Source: Candidatus Coatesbacteria bacterium
GTDB taxonomy: Bacteria; RBG-13-66-14
Direction of reading: 5' to 3'
NCBI GenBank assembly: GCA_014728185.1
Contig: WJMB01000138.1
Span: 1-34,353, forward strand
Length of the DNA stretch: 34,353 bases
Shown here: positions 16,973 through 26,511 of the stretch, piece by piece
How positions within the stretch are numbered: the stretch's first letter is position 1
Layout: each line of letters starts with the position of its first letter
Program-made: the position numbers and the translations under genes
The notes under the pieces: model-generated
The model's input: only the letters and a program-made list of their open reading frames with translations
Databases searched by the model: none
What the model was told of the DNA's origin: nothing

Positions 16973-17518
16973 TCAGGAGTCCTCCTCCGACTCCTTGAAG
17001 AACTCTCCCGGGGCCAGGATCATGGTCATGTTCCGGCCGTCGAGGTGGGGCCGCTTCTCAATCTCGACCTTGTCCCCGAAATGCTCGCAGATGCGCTCGA
17101 GAATCTCTCGGCCGATCTCGGGGTGGGACATCTCCCGCCCACGGAACATGATGGTGACCTTGACCTTGTTGAGCTGCTTGAGGAAGCGCTCGATATGCTT
17201 GACCTTGAACTGGTAGTCGTGTTCGCCGGTCTTGGGTCGCAGCTTGATCTCTTTCAGCGAGACGTTGTGCTGCTTCTTGCGGGCCTCGTGCTCTCGCTTG
17301 GTCTGCTTGTAACGGTACTTGCCGTAGTCCATGATCCGGCAGACCGGCGGTCGGGCGTTGGGCGCCACCTCTACGAGATCGAGCTTCTTCTTCTTGGCCA
17401 GGTCCAGGGCGTCCAGGGTCCGCATGATGCCGATCTGCGTGCCGTCCTCATCGACCACACGGACTTCACGGACGCGGATCCTTTCGTTGACGCGGGTCTT
17501 ACGCTGACTTCCCTTTAT
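16973..17518 (-). CDS. infC: Translation initiation factor IF-3 (probable ATA start)
   Basis: NERIR..EVR, LDLVEVAPNARPPVCRIMDYGKY, KEIKLRP, KVKVTIMFRGRE. GGAGG is 6 nt from ATA (17518) but only 3 nt from GTG (17521). Confidence 0.96.
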   Translation of the reverse strand: MKGSQRKTRVNERIRVREVRVVDEDGTQIGIMRTLDALDLAKKKKLDLVEVAPNARPPVCRIMDYGKYRYKQTKREHEARKKQHNVSLKEIKLRPKTGEHDYQFKVKHIERFLKQLNKVKVTIMFRGREMSHPEIGREILERICEHFGDKVEIEKRPHLDGRNMTMILAPGEFFKESEEDS

Positions 17519-17687
17519 CACGCACCTCCAGGTAGTGCTTTCAATGGTTGCCGTCCGGACGACGAATCAGCCGGTAAGAGCCGTTAAACGCCCGGTGAAC
17601 GTAAATGCCGCTTCGATAACCACGGGCGATGAATACTGCGCTCGTTTACGGTGTAAAGCCCGGTCGGCGACAATGCGTTAGAATGGA

Positions 17688-17717
17688 TTTATAACACGCG
17701 ATTCGGCCGGGCGTCAA
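17688..17717 (-). promoter_or_regulatory. sigma70-type promoter of infC
   Basis: TTGACG-18 nt-TATAAA with a TG extension. Confidence 0.55.
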
Positions 17718-17718
17718 G

Positions 17719-17744
17719 CCCGGCGGGGCTGAAACCCCGCCGGG
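17719..17744 (-). terminator. GC-rich hairpin after thrS
   Basis: CCCGGCGGGG-6 nt-CCCCGCCGGG; weak U tract. Confidence 0.5.
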
Positions 17745-17758
17745 TGAGGGGGATCAGG

Positions 17759-19699
17759 TCAGCTCCAGCGGCCGATGAGCAAACGCTCGTCGCGCTCCCG
17801 GGTCAATTCGTCGAGGGCCTTCTGCAGTGAGACGTTGAAGGGCTTCTCTCCGTGGGGCCGCAGGTTGATATCGCCTGCTTCGACCTCCTTGGCGCCGACC
17901 ACGGCGACGTAGCGCACCTTGGCGGTCTCGGCGGCGGCGATGCGCGCCCCCAGCTTGCGGTTGGAGTCATCGACCGACACCCGGAAGCCGCGCTCGGCGA
18001 AACGGGCGGCGACGCCGCGGGCGTAGTCGTTGAACTCGTCGGCCACGGGCAGCACGCGCAGTTGTTCCGGAGCCAGCCAGAGGGGGAAGTCACCGGCGAA
18101 GTGCTCGATCAGCACGCCGATGAAGCGCTCGAAGCTGCCCAGGATGGCCCGGTGGACCAGCACCACGCGATGGCGCGCCCCGTCCTCGCCGACGTAGGTC
18201 AGGTCGAATCGCTCGGGGAGGTTGAAGTCGGCCTGGCAGGTCGAGGTCTGCCACTCTCGACCCAGGGCGTCGGTGACGTGGACATCGATTTTTGGTCCAT
18301 AGAAGGCCCCGCCGCCCTCGTCGACGTCATAGTCGAGACTGGAGTGCTCCAGGGCTCCGCGCAGGGCCGCCGTGGCCGATTCCCAGATCTCGTCGGAGCC
18401 CATCGAGTCCTCGGGCCGCGTCGAGAGGGTGTAGCGCACCGGCAGGCCGAAGACGGCGAAGAGGTCGCGCACGAAGGCCAGCACACCCTCGATCTCGCCG
18501 CCCAACTGCTCCGGCGTGCAAAAGATGTGGGCGTCGTCGATGGTGAAGCCGCGCACGCGCAGCATACCGTGGAGCACGCCGGAGAGCTCGTTGCGGTAGA
18601 CCTGGCCGAACTCGTAGATCCGGTAGGGCAGCTCGCGGTAGGAGTGCAGCCCCGTGTCGTAGATCAGCACGTGCCCCGGGCAGTTCATCGGCTTGACGGC
18701 GTAATCGGCGTCGTCGCCCTCAAGGCGGGCGAAGAACATCTTGTCCCGGTAGTGCTCGTAGTGGCCCGAGGTGCGCCAGAGGTCGCTGCGGAAGATGTGC
18801 GGCGTGCGCACCAGGCGGTAGCCGCGCTCACGGTACATCGCGTGGGCCAGGCGCTCGATCTCGTGGAACAGCACGGCGCCGGCGGGGTGGTAGAGGATCA
18901 TTCCCGGGCCGTGGTCCTCGGCGACGCTGAACAGCTCCATCTCCTTGCCCAGCTTGCGGTGGTCGCGTCGCTTGGCTTCCTCGATGCGCTCCAGGTATGC
19001 TTCGAGCTGCTTCTTCTTGGGAAAGGCCGTGCCGTAGATACGCGAGAGCATCGGCCGGTTCTCGTCGCCGCGCCAGTAGGCCCCGGCCACGCTGAGCAGC
19101 TTGGGCACCCCCAAGCGCCCCGTCGAGGGCAGGTGAGGCCCCTTGCAGAGGTCGACGAAGTCGCCGTCGCGGTAGAAGCTGACCACGGCGTCCTCGGGCA
19201 GCTCATCGATCAGCTCGACCTTGAGCGCCTCGCCGCGCCGCTCCATCTCGGCCCGGGCGGCCTCGCGATCGACGACCTCGCGCTCCAGGGGCAGGTCCTC
19301 TTTGATGATCCGGACCATCTCGGCCTCGATGGCTTCCAGATCGTCCTCGGTAAAGGGCTTGTCCACCAGGAAGTCGTAGTAGTAGCCCTCGTCGATGGCC
19401 GGGCCGATGCCGTAGCGCACCTCGGGGAAGAGGCGCCCCACAGCCGTGGCCAGCACGTGGGCCGCCGTGTGCCAGTAAAACTCCTTGCCCTCGGGATCGT
19501 CGAACTTGACCAACGTGAATTCGTGCTCCCCGTCGGGCAGCTCGCGACCCAGGTCCCAGGGCTCACCGTCGACCAGGGCGCCCACGGCGGCGCGGGCCAG
19601 CCCGGCGCTGATGCCCAGGGCGACCTCCAGGGGCGTCGTCCCGGCGGGGTGCTCCTGCGCCGAGCCGTCGGGCAGGCGCAGCTTGATGTTCGCGGACAT
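17759..19699 (-). CDS. thrS: Threonine--tRNA ligase
   Basis: TGS domain, HTAAHVLA, DLCKGPH, GAYWRGDE, RDHRKLG, KPMNCPGH, RVRGFTIDDAHIFC, GAFYGPKID, HRAILGSFERF. Confidence 0.98.
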   Translation of the reverse strand: MSANIKLRLPDGSAQEHPAGTTPLEVALGISAGLARAAVGALVDGEPWDLGRELPDGEHEFTLVKFDDPEGKEFYWHTAAHVLATAVGRLFPEVRYGIGPAIDEGYYYDFLVDKPFTEDDLEAIEAEMVRIIKEDLPLEREVVDREAARAEMERRGEALKVELIDELPEDAVVSFYRDGDFVDLCKGPHLPSTGRLGVPKLLSVAGAYWRGDENRPMLSRIYGTAFPKKKQLEAYLERIEEAKRRDHRKLGKEMELFSVAEDHGPGMILYHPAGAVLFHEIERLAHAMYRERGYRLVRTPHIFRSDLWRTSGHYEHYRDKMFFARLEGDDADYAVKPMNCPGHVLIYDTGLHSYRELPYRIYEFGQVYRNELSGVLHGMLRVRGFTIDDAHIFCTPEQLGGEIEGVLAFVRDLFAVFGLPVRYTLSTRPEDSMGSDEIWESATAALRGALEHSSLDYDVDEGGGAFYGPKIDVHVTDALGREWQTSTCQADFNLPERFDLTYVGEDGARHRVVLVHRAILGSFERFIGVLIEHFAGDFPLWLAPEQLRVLPVADEFNDYARGVAARFAERGFRVSVDDSNRKLGARIAAAETAKVRYVAVVGAKEVEAGDINLRPHGEKPFNVSLQKALDELTRERDERLLIGRWS

Positions 19700-19771
19700 A
19701 TTCTCTCCTTCAAAGGTAATCGCTATCCGCCCAGCGGCGGTTGCTCGTTATCTGGTCTGTATGGAAGGTGG

Positions 19772-19812
19772 AAAAAGAAGCCGCACGGTCGCCCCGTTGG
19801 CGCCCTGCGGTT
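19772..19812 (-). terminator. Terminator-like hairpin between the small membrane gene and thrS
   Basis: CCGCAGGGCGCC...GGCGACCGTGCGG followed by CTTCTTTTT on the minus strand. Confidence 0.5.
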
Positions 19813-19918
19813 CTATTGCGCTATTGTCTGCACGGGCCGGGTCCGGCCTGATAAGCCGATGAAAACAACACGAACGTACCCAGCCCCGAAAACAGCCCTT
19901 CCGCAGGCGCCCCGGGGA

Positions 19919-20101
19919 TCAACTAAAGAAGCCGGGGACGGTGGTCAACAGGACACCCAGGAAGAAGACGATCTGACCCGCGACGGCCGCCAACGGACCG
20001 ACGACCTTCACCCAGCGGCGCTTCGAAACCGAAGCGCGCCAGAAGCCGCCGACCAGCAGGGCCAGGCCAAATGCCGCCATTCCTGAATATCCCCAGGCCA
20101 C
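19919..20101 (-). CDS. Small two-helix membrane protein (60 aa)
   Basis: Two hydrophobic stretches around a basic loop (SKRRWVK); near-consensus promoter directly upstream. Confidence 0.6.
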   Translation of the reverse strand: MAWGYSGMAAFGLALLVGGFWRASVSKRRWVKVVGPLAAVAGQIVFFLGVLLTTVPGFFS

Positions 20102-20141
20102 CTCGATGCCTTTCGGATGGGTTGCAGTTTGCTTGTGCTAG

Positions 20142-20170
20142 AATATAGGCGCTCAAGGCCGAGCTGTCAA
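20142..20170 (-). promoter_or_regulatory. sigma70-type promoter
   Basis: TTGACA-17 nt-TATATT. Confidence 0.7.
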
Positions 20171-20342
20171 GTGAGATAGCAATCAAGGGGGCGACCGCTG
20201 GAAGAGCCGCAAGCCGGATAGCTTGGGCACGCCAGTCAGGAGGCTCACCTTGCGTAACATCGCCCATCGAGTAAGCACCGGGGTAACCGCAACGGCGGTC
20301 CCCCACTCCGTTTCGCTCCTTCATCAGCCGAGAGGTTCCCGC

Positions 20343-22814
20343 ATGACCCCACCAAACCGAACAGCCGTCCGCCTGTTAATTGCGCTCGCCATCATGGGCG
20401 GCTCGGTGAGCTCTTCCGCCGCGCCCCGGGTCGTTGTCGAGGCCGCCGTCGACGCAGCCTGGACCCTCGAGGCCCGGGCCGCCTACGAGCTGATCAACGA
20501 CACCGCCGAGCCCCGGCGGGAATGGCTGTTCAGCTTTCCGGCCAACCGCGACGCCGACCCCGGTTTCGTCGGGACCGTCGAGGCGCTGGAGCTCTACGCC
20601 GATAACGAGCGCGGCCCCTACCGCTTCGACGCGCCGGCGGAGCTGCTGGCGGTGAGTTCGGCTGACTGTCCGGTGGAGTCATGGAGCCTGTCGGGGACCG
20701 ATCTGCGTGTCGTGTTGGAAGAGTCCGTCCAGCCCGGTCAGCACGTGGACCTTGAACTGCACTGGCGCCAACCCGTGCCCGAGTTCCGCCACCGTTGGGG
20801 TCGCACCTCCGAGCTCTGCCTGCTGGCCGACTGGTACCCGCTGCCTCGACCGAACCCGGCCCTGGAGCCCAACACCTTCATCCCCGAAAAACCCTGGATC
20901 GCGCCGACGCCTTTCGAGCATGAACTGGAGGTCAACCTGACCCCGCCGCCGGGTTGGGCCTTGGTCGGCGGGGCCGGCGCCGAGGTACTGCTGCTGCCCG
21001 AGGGGCGTCTTGACGAGGTGCGGACCGAGGTCTGGGACGGCGCAACGGTCAGGCTGGTCGGCCTGATCGAGGACCCGGCCCCGGACTTCGCCTGGGCGGC
21101 GCGCTTCGAGGAGCTCTTCGCCGGCTGGATCGGCGGTGAACCGCCCCGGCTGGTCCTCTCGGCCGAGGTCCCCCTCACCGGCGACGAGGCTTATCGGGAC
21201 TTCGTCGTCATCGGCGAGGGCAACCGGCCCTGGCTCTGGCGGGCCAACCACCTGCTGCTGGCCCGGCAGATCGTCCGCCGCCGCCTTGAGCGCCCCGACC
21301 TCACCCTCTCCCTGCTGGAGGCGCTGAGCCAGCGCCTCGCCCGACGGGCCCTCGTCGAAACCCTGGGCGACGGCCGGGACCTGCTGCCCTATGCGTTGCC
21401 CGCCGAGCTCTTCGACGTCACCCAGCAACGCTGGAGCGAGAACCTGATTTACAGCTACCGCGCCTTTGGCTACCCCGATGATTTCCTGCGCCACGCCGAA
21501 CGCCAACCCACGCCCGAGTTCTACGACATCGCCGCCCGGCGCATCCCCGACGAGCACCTGGCCGAACTCGAGGAGGGCCTCGGTTTCGAGCGCTTCTCGA
21601 CGGCGATACGCTACTACCTCGGGGGCGCCCTGCCCGATGATCCCGAGCTGCTGCGCGCCTTGGCCGCGTCCGGCTTCCAACACGACGCTCAGCAACAGCG
21701 ACCCGTCATCGAAGACGCAAGGGGCGACGACTCTGAATCCTGGATCCGCCTGCTGCCCGAGCTCTTCTCGCCGGAGCGCTGGACGCTGTCTGTCTCGCCC
21801 TTCGGCTGGCTCGACGAGGACGACAGCCTCTCCCTGGGCTGCGCCCTGTGGGGCCGCCGCGGGGTCTCCCTGGCCCCGATGGAGCTCTGGGGCACCGACG
21901 ATGTGCTGCTGGTGGCCAACTACAACCTCGAACACGACGACTACAATCTGCTGGCCCAGTACACCACGCCGTTGGCGCCGGGTCCGGCAAGACCCCGAAT
22001 CGGCGCCGGCGTCTTCGCCCGACGCGACGAGATCGGCGCTCAGGCGCTGCTGAACCTCCAGTGGAGCGATTATCCGGGCTACGCCCCGCGCCGTGAGCTG
22101 ACCCTGGGGCTCGAATACGCCTGGATGCGGCCCTTCGCCTCCTACTATCCCAACGGCCTGGAGGGCGACGACGGCCGCCAGCTCTCAGTCTACGCTTCCT
22201 TCTTCCTCGACGGCCGCGGTCCCCTGGGCGGAGTGCAGTCGCTGACCCGCCTCGAGTACGCCTTCGATCCCCTGCCCGAGCTCTCCAGCGATCCGGCTAT
22301 CGACTACTGGCGGCTCTGGCTGGTCAACCAGCTCGAATACCGCCTGGCGAGCTTCCTGCACCCCCGGCTGCGCTTCACCCTGGGCCGGATCTCCGGACAG
22401 GCCCCGGCGCAGCGCCTGCCCGAGCTCACCGAGGACAACGTCGAGCCCCAGTACCATCTGCTTCGTCGGCCCCAAGCCGCCGAGATGCGCGGCTACAACG
22501 ACCTCGACATCTTCGGCGAGGGAGTCTGCGTCCTCTCGGCGGAGCTGAACACGCCCCTGCTTTGGGGGCTGGAGGCCGGGGTCTTCTGCGACTACGGCGA
22601 GGGCGGCGCCCCCCTCGGCGAGCTCTTCGACACCTTCGACAACTGGCGCGCCTCCGTCGGACCCCTGCTGCGCTGGCGCTTCGCCGGGGCCTCCGTCGAG
22701 GCCCACTTCCCGCTCTGGATCAACCGGCCCTACGATTCCGCCACCCGTCTCGATGATCCCGCCGCTCCCCGCTGGGATTGGCGGGTGGATCTGGACGCCT
22801 CGCTGAGCTTCTGA
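20343..22814 (+). CDS. Outer-membrane protein: degenerate M1-aminopeptidase-like N-terminal region plus C-terminal beta-barrel
   Basis: ATG at 20343 after GAGAGG; signal peptide; M1-like N-domain motifs (YELINDT, ADWYP); no HExxH; amphipathic strands, MRGY loop motif, GVFCDYG, C-terminal Phe. Confidence 0.6.
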   Translation: MTPPNRTAVRLLIALAIMGGSVSSSAAPRVVVEAAVDAAWTLEARAAYELINDTAEPRREWLFSFPANRDADPGFVGTVEALELYADNERGPYRFDAPAELLAVSSADCPVESWSLSGTDLRVVLEESVQPGQHVDLELHWRQPVPEFRHRWGRTSELCLLADWYPLPRPNPALEPNTFIPEKPWIAPTPFEHELEVNLTPPPGWALVGGAGAEVLLLPEGRLDEVRTEVWDGATVRLVGLIEDPAPDFAWAARFEELFAGWIGGEPPRLVLSAEVPLTGDEAYRDFVVIGEGNRPWLWRANHLLLARQIVRRRLERPDLTLSLLEALSQRLARRALVETLGDGRDLLPYALPAELFDVTQQRWSENLIYSYRAFGYPDDFLRHAERQPTPEFYDIAARRIPDEHLAELEEGLGFERFSTAIRYYLGGALPDDPELLRALAASGFQHDAQQQRPVIEDARGDDSESWIRLLPELFSPERWTLSVSPFGWLDEDDSLSLGCALWGRRGVSLAPMELWGTDDVLLVANYNLEHDDYNLLAQYTTPLAPGPARPRIGAGVFARRDEIGAQALLNLQWSDYPGYAPRRELTLGLEYAWMRPFASYYPNGLEGDDGRQLSVYASFFLDGRGPLGGVQSLTRLEYAFDPLPELSSDPAIDYWRLWLVNQLEYRLASFLHPRLRFTLGRISGQAPAQRLPELTEDNVEPQYHLLRRPQAAEMRGYNDLDIFGEGVCVLSAELNTPLLWGLEAGVFCDYGEGGAPLGELFDTFDNWRASVGPLLRWRFAGASVEAHFPLWINRPYDSATRLDDPAAPRWDWRVDLDASLSF

Positions 22815-23132
22815 TGGCGCGGCTTCCAGCTTGGACCTGTTGGGCGTTCATTCATTGTGAAACCCGTGCGCTCAACCACACAGAAACACCCCTGGCGAAT
22901 GTGGTACAGTTAAGGCCGCCTCCGATTACAATGAGCGCTTGACTGTCGCCTCCCTTCTTTTCACCGCATATTGGCCATAGCGGTTCGACTAGAATGAACC
23001 GGGAAACCGGTGTCTTCGTAGATAGCGGGAACAGCGTTCCCATCGGTGATGTCGTTTGCTCCGGCCCCTCGATAAGTCCATCAAGCACGTAAACCAGGCT
23101 TTCACATCAACCCGACCGACCCTGGAAGGCCC

Positions 23133-24350
23133 ATGCTCTGGGACCTGATCAAGAACGTCTTCGCTCAGATGCGCGCCCACCTGATGCGCAGCATCCTGAC
23201 GATGTTGGGGATCATCATCGCGGTGATGACCGTGGTGACGATCCTCTCCCTGGTCGGTGGTCTGGACGCCTTCGTCCGCGAGCAGATCGGCAACCTGGGC
23301 GCCAACAGCATCATCATCAGCCGCATGGGCATCGTCAACAGCCAGGAGGACTGGATGGAGGCGGTCAAGCGGCCCCGGGTGACCCTGGAAGACTACGAGG
23401 ACCTTACCCGGCGAATGCGCGGCCGCTACCTCTACGCCTCGCCGCGCATCTTCGCCTACCTGAACCTCAAGGCCGGCAACACCGCGCTGCGCTTCGTGAT
23501 GAGCGTGGGCTGCAACGAGCAGATGATCAGCATCAACGAGCGCTCCCTGGAGGCCGGACGCTACTTCTCCGCCGCCGAGGTGCGCCATAAGCGCAACGTG
23601 ACGGTCATCGGCTCGGAGATCGCCGAGCAGCTTTACGGCGAGACCGATCCCATCGGCCGCCGGGTTTATATCGGCGGGCGGCCCTTCAACGTCATCGGCG
23701 TCTACGAAGCCCAGGGCACGGTGATGGGGCAACCCACCGACGACTTCATCGAGCTGCCCCACACCAGCCTGACCAAAAGCTTCGGCTCGCGCCGCTCCAT
23801 CGCCATCGCCCTGCGCGCCGCCAGCCACGAGGACCTGCAGGAGCTCATCGACACCGCCGAGCGCGAGATGCGCCAGATCCGCCGCCTGGACGCCGGAGAG
23901 CCCAACAACTTCGGCATCATCACCGAGGAGTTGATGCTCTCCACCTTCGAGCAGATGAGCGGCCTGATCTTCGCCGTGATGATCGTCGTCGGCGCCGTCA
24001 GCCTGGTCGTGGGCGGCATCGGGATCATGAACGTCATGCTGGTCTCGGTCTCCGAGCGCACCCGGGAGATCGGTATCCGCAAGGCCGTCGGTGCCACCAA
24101 CCGCGACATCCTGCGCCAGTTTCTGACCGAGGCCGTGGCCATCACCGCGGTGGGCGGGCTGATCGGCATCGCCCTGGGCGCCCTGCTGGGCAACTTCATC
24201 GGCGGTCTGGTCGACCTGCCGGTGAGCATCTCCGTGCTCTCGGTGATCCTCTCGCTGGGCTTCTCCGGCCTGGTGGGGATCAGCTTCGGCATCTTCCCGG
24301 CGCTCAAGGCCTCGCGCCTGGACCCCATCGTCGCCCTGCAGAAGGTTTAG
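23133..24350 (+). CDS. ABC transporter permease, MacB/FtsX family
   Basis: RSILTMLGIIIAV, GRYFS, VGGIGIMNVMLVSVSERTREIGIRKAVGA, PALKASRLDPIVAL. Confidence 0.93.
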   Translation: MLWDLIKNVFAQMRAHLMRSILTMLGIIIAVMTVVTILSLVGGLDAFVREQIGNLGANSIIISRMGIVNSQEDWMEAVKRPRVTLEDYEDLTRRMRGRYLYASPRIFAYLNLKAGNTALRFVMSVGCNEQMISINERSLEAGRYFSAAEVRHKRNVTVIGSEIAEQLYGETDPIGRRVYIGGRPFNVIGVYEAQGTVMGQPTDDFIELPHTSLTKSFGSRRSIAIALRAASHEDLQELIDTAEREMRQIRRLDAGEPNNFGIITEELMLSTFEQMSGLIFAVMIVVGAVSLVVGGIGIMNVMLVSVSERTREIGIRKAVGATNRDILRQFLTEAVAITAVGGLIGIALGALLGNFIGGLVDLPVSISVLSVILSLGFSGLVGISFGIFPALKASRLDPIVALQKV

Positions 24351-24417
24351 CAGGGACATCCAAGACCAGCTTGAATGACGGCGTTAACCGGACCGGCAGA
24401 GCCCCGCATTTCTGATA

Positions 24418-24641
24418 GGCACCATGGAATGTGTTTGGAATGAATCAGGGCGGATACTGACAGGCTCACCGAGCAGGCAATCGCCGACTGCAGGCTTATT
24501 CACAGTGCAGTTTATCATCCGAGCACACCCCATATCGCCGCCGCTTCTTGACCGCTGATAAGTGACAGGCGCATCTGCTGCTACACGCGTCTTATCAGGA
24601 TAATACAATCGCTACTCGATCCGCACAGGGTATACGATCCC
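24418..24641 (+). mobile_element. MITE-like family C, internally deleted copy (224 bp)
   Basis: Both ends present (GGCACCATGG... / GGGTATACGATCCC); flanks TTCTGATA / TCCTGAGA (6/8 TSD). Confidence 0.8.
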
Positions 24642-24725
24642 TCCTGAGAGGCATACGTCTGAGAGGCTTGACCATTCTCGACCGTGTTCCGGGTTGCTGA
24701 TGATCACTCCATGATCCTCGGTTAT

Positions 24726-24767
24726 GCAAGGCAAAATGGCCGCCCACGGGCGACCATTTTGCCTTGC
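24726..24767. terminator. Long hairpin between convergent genes
   Basis: GCAAGGCAAAATGGCCGCCC-ac-GGGCGACCATTTTGCCTTGC. Confidence 0.7.
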
Positions 24768-24799
24768 TGTTGGAAACCGTTTTACTGGAGAAACTTCGG

Positions 24800-25780
24800 C
24801 TACTCCACCAGGTAGGTCAGGATCTCCTCGAAGAGGCCGGCGGTGTCTTTGGGCAAGGAGTGCGCCACGCCCGGCTCGACGACGAAGCGCAGCTCGACGC
24901 CGGCACTTTCCAGTACACCGGCTGCCTCGCGCAGGGACTCCACCCGCTCGGCGTCGTCCTCCAGGCCGATCCAGAGGTAGCAACGCAGCCCGGCCTCGGC
25001 GGCTTCGGCGGCGTATTCGGCCCAGAGCGGGTTCCAGCCTCCAGCCAGGGGGAAGATGCCGCCAAAGACCCCGGGGTTGCGCAGGCCCACACCCAGGCAG
25101 ACAGCTCCGCCCTGGCTGAACCCGCCCAGCAGCACGCGACTCTCGTTGATGCCGTACTCGGATTCCAGGAGCTCCAGGGTCTCCAGCACCCGGGCCTCGG
25201 CGCCGTCGATGCCGCTCCAGACGAAGGCCCGGGGTCCGCGGACCTCGTCGGCGTAGGGAGCGACGAAGAGGTAGCCCCGCTCGGTGAAGGTTCCGGCGAT
25301 CTCATCGCACAGCAGGGGCTCCGGGCTCCCGCCGTAGCCGTGGAGCATGACGACCACGGGGTAGCCGCCGTCGCCGGGGGGATCCTCGGGCAGGGATACC
25401 TGAGGGGGCCGGTCTTTCTCCCGGAGCTCCTCGATCAGCCCGAGGACCTCGGCGATGCGCAACTGGAAGGCGTCGCCATCGCGGATAGAATCGAAGTCGC
25501 TGTCATCGATGAAGGAGTAGACGCCCAGCTCGATGGCCCGATCCAGGTAGAGCAGGGCGCGGTCGGCCTCTCCGATCAGGGCGTAGCAGCAGGCCGCGTT
25601 GTAAGCCGTGTAGGGGCAATCGGGGTGGTTGATGTAGTGCTCATCAAGCAGCCGGGCGGCCTCGGCGTAGTCCCCGGCGTCGTACAACTCCATGGCCTCG
25701 AGATAGCGGTTGTGCTTCTGCTGGGCGAAAACCAGCGCTGGAAGCAGCAGCGAAAGCAAAAGCGGAACAAGGCGCTTCAT
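24800..25780 (-). CDS. Secreted TPR-domain alpha/beta hydrolase (phospholipase/carboxylesterase type)
   Basis: Signal peptide; YNAACCYAL...DSDFDSIR TPR end; LHGYGG, GFSQGG nucleophile, GLED, GVAH; RBS GGAGG. Confidence 0.85.
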   Translation of the reverse strand: MKRLVPLLLSLLLPALVFAQQKHNRYLEAMELYDAGDYAEAARLLDEHYINHPDCPYTAYNAACCYALIGEADRALLYLDRAIELGVYSFIDDSDFDSIRDGDAFQLRIAEVLGLIEELREKDRPPQVSLPEDPPGDGGYPVVVMLHGYGGSPEPLLCDEIAGTFTERGYLFVAPYADEVRGPRAFVWSGIDGAEARVLETLELLESEYGINESRVLLGGFSQGGAVCLGVGLRNPGVFGGIFPLAGGWNPLWAEYAAEAAEAGLRCYLWIGLEDDAERVESLREAAGVLESAGVELRFVVEPGVAHSLPKDTAGLFEEILTYLVE

Positions 25781-25985
25781 TTTTGACCTCCCCTGGGTCG
25801 GGTGAGCTCATCATTACTGGACTCCGCTATCTAGGATACACCCGACACCACCTCGGTTGCGCTGTACTTGAGGGGATGACCCAGTGTGTCGAACCGCGCC
25901 GGTTCAATAGGCTGTTATGATACAGTGCAGTTAGAAAAAATACACGCCTGTCGTATTGTTATTGTTATGATATCATTAATACTAT

Positions 25986-26332
25986 GGGATTATCACCTGA
26001 AACTTAACCGACATTGAAAGGACACTGAGCGGAATATAGAGCGAAAGTGCCAACAACCAGCTCACGAATGGCTCCAGATCGATATGCCAATATTATCATA
26101 TCTGCTAAGTAGCTATTTAAAAGCATATGGCATCCTAAGACTGTGAAGCCAAGGATGTACGCCAGGAGTCGCGATTACTCGACTCGCAACGTTCCATTAG
26201 AATGTTCCGCTTAGAGAACATACGTTTTATGCCAACGGGCAACACACGGACACTGACAACCCGCATGGCAATAAGACACTAAACAACAGGCTATTGGCCA
26301 TATATGCCTGTCCAGGTACGTGTCGTTATCCT
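25986..26332 (+). mobile_element. MITE-like family B, copy 3 (347 bp, diverged)
   Basis: Starts GGGATTATCACCTGAAACT like 5293; internal CAGGAGTCGCGA; ends CTGTCCAGGTACGTGTCGTTATCCT. Confidence 0.75.
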
Positions 26333-26511
26333 CTATTCAATGACCCCTCAGCGTGAAGCTCCTGAGGGGCGTTTTCATATCTAACGCAGCATCGTAGAGG
26401 TGTTAAGCACACCAGTACTGATGCTAACCTGCCAGTTCTGTCCGTTATCGTACTGTTTTCGCCGTTTGAAGTCCGGAACATGGTCGGTGACCTGGTTACG
26501 ATATACATCCC

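Noticed and set aside
17852-20086. 744-aa plus-strand ORF
   Set aside because: Antisense shadow of thrS caused by high-GC codon bias; no recognisable motifs
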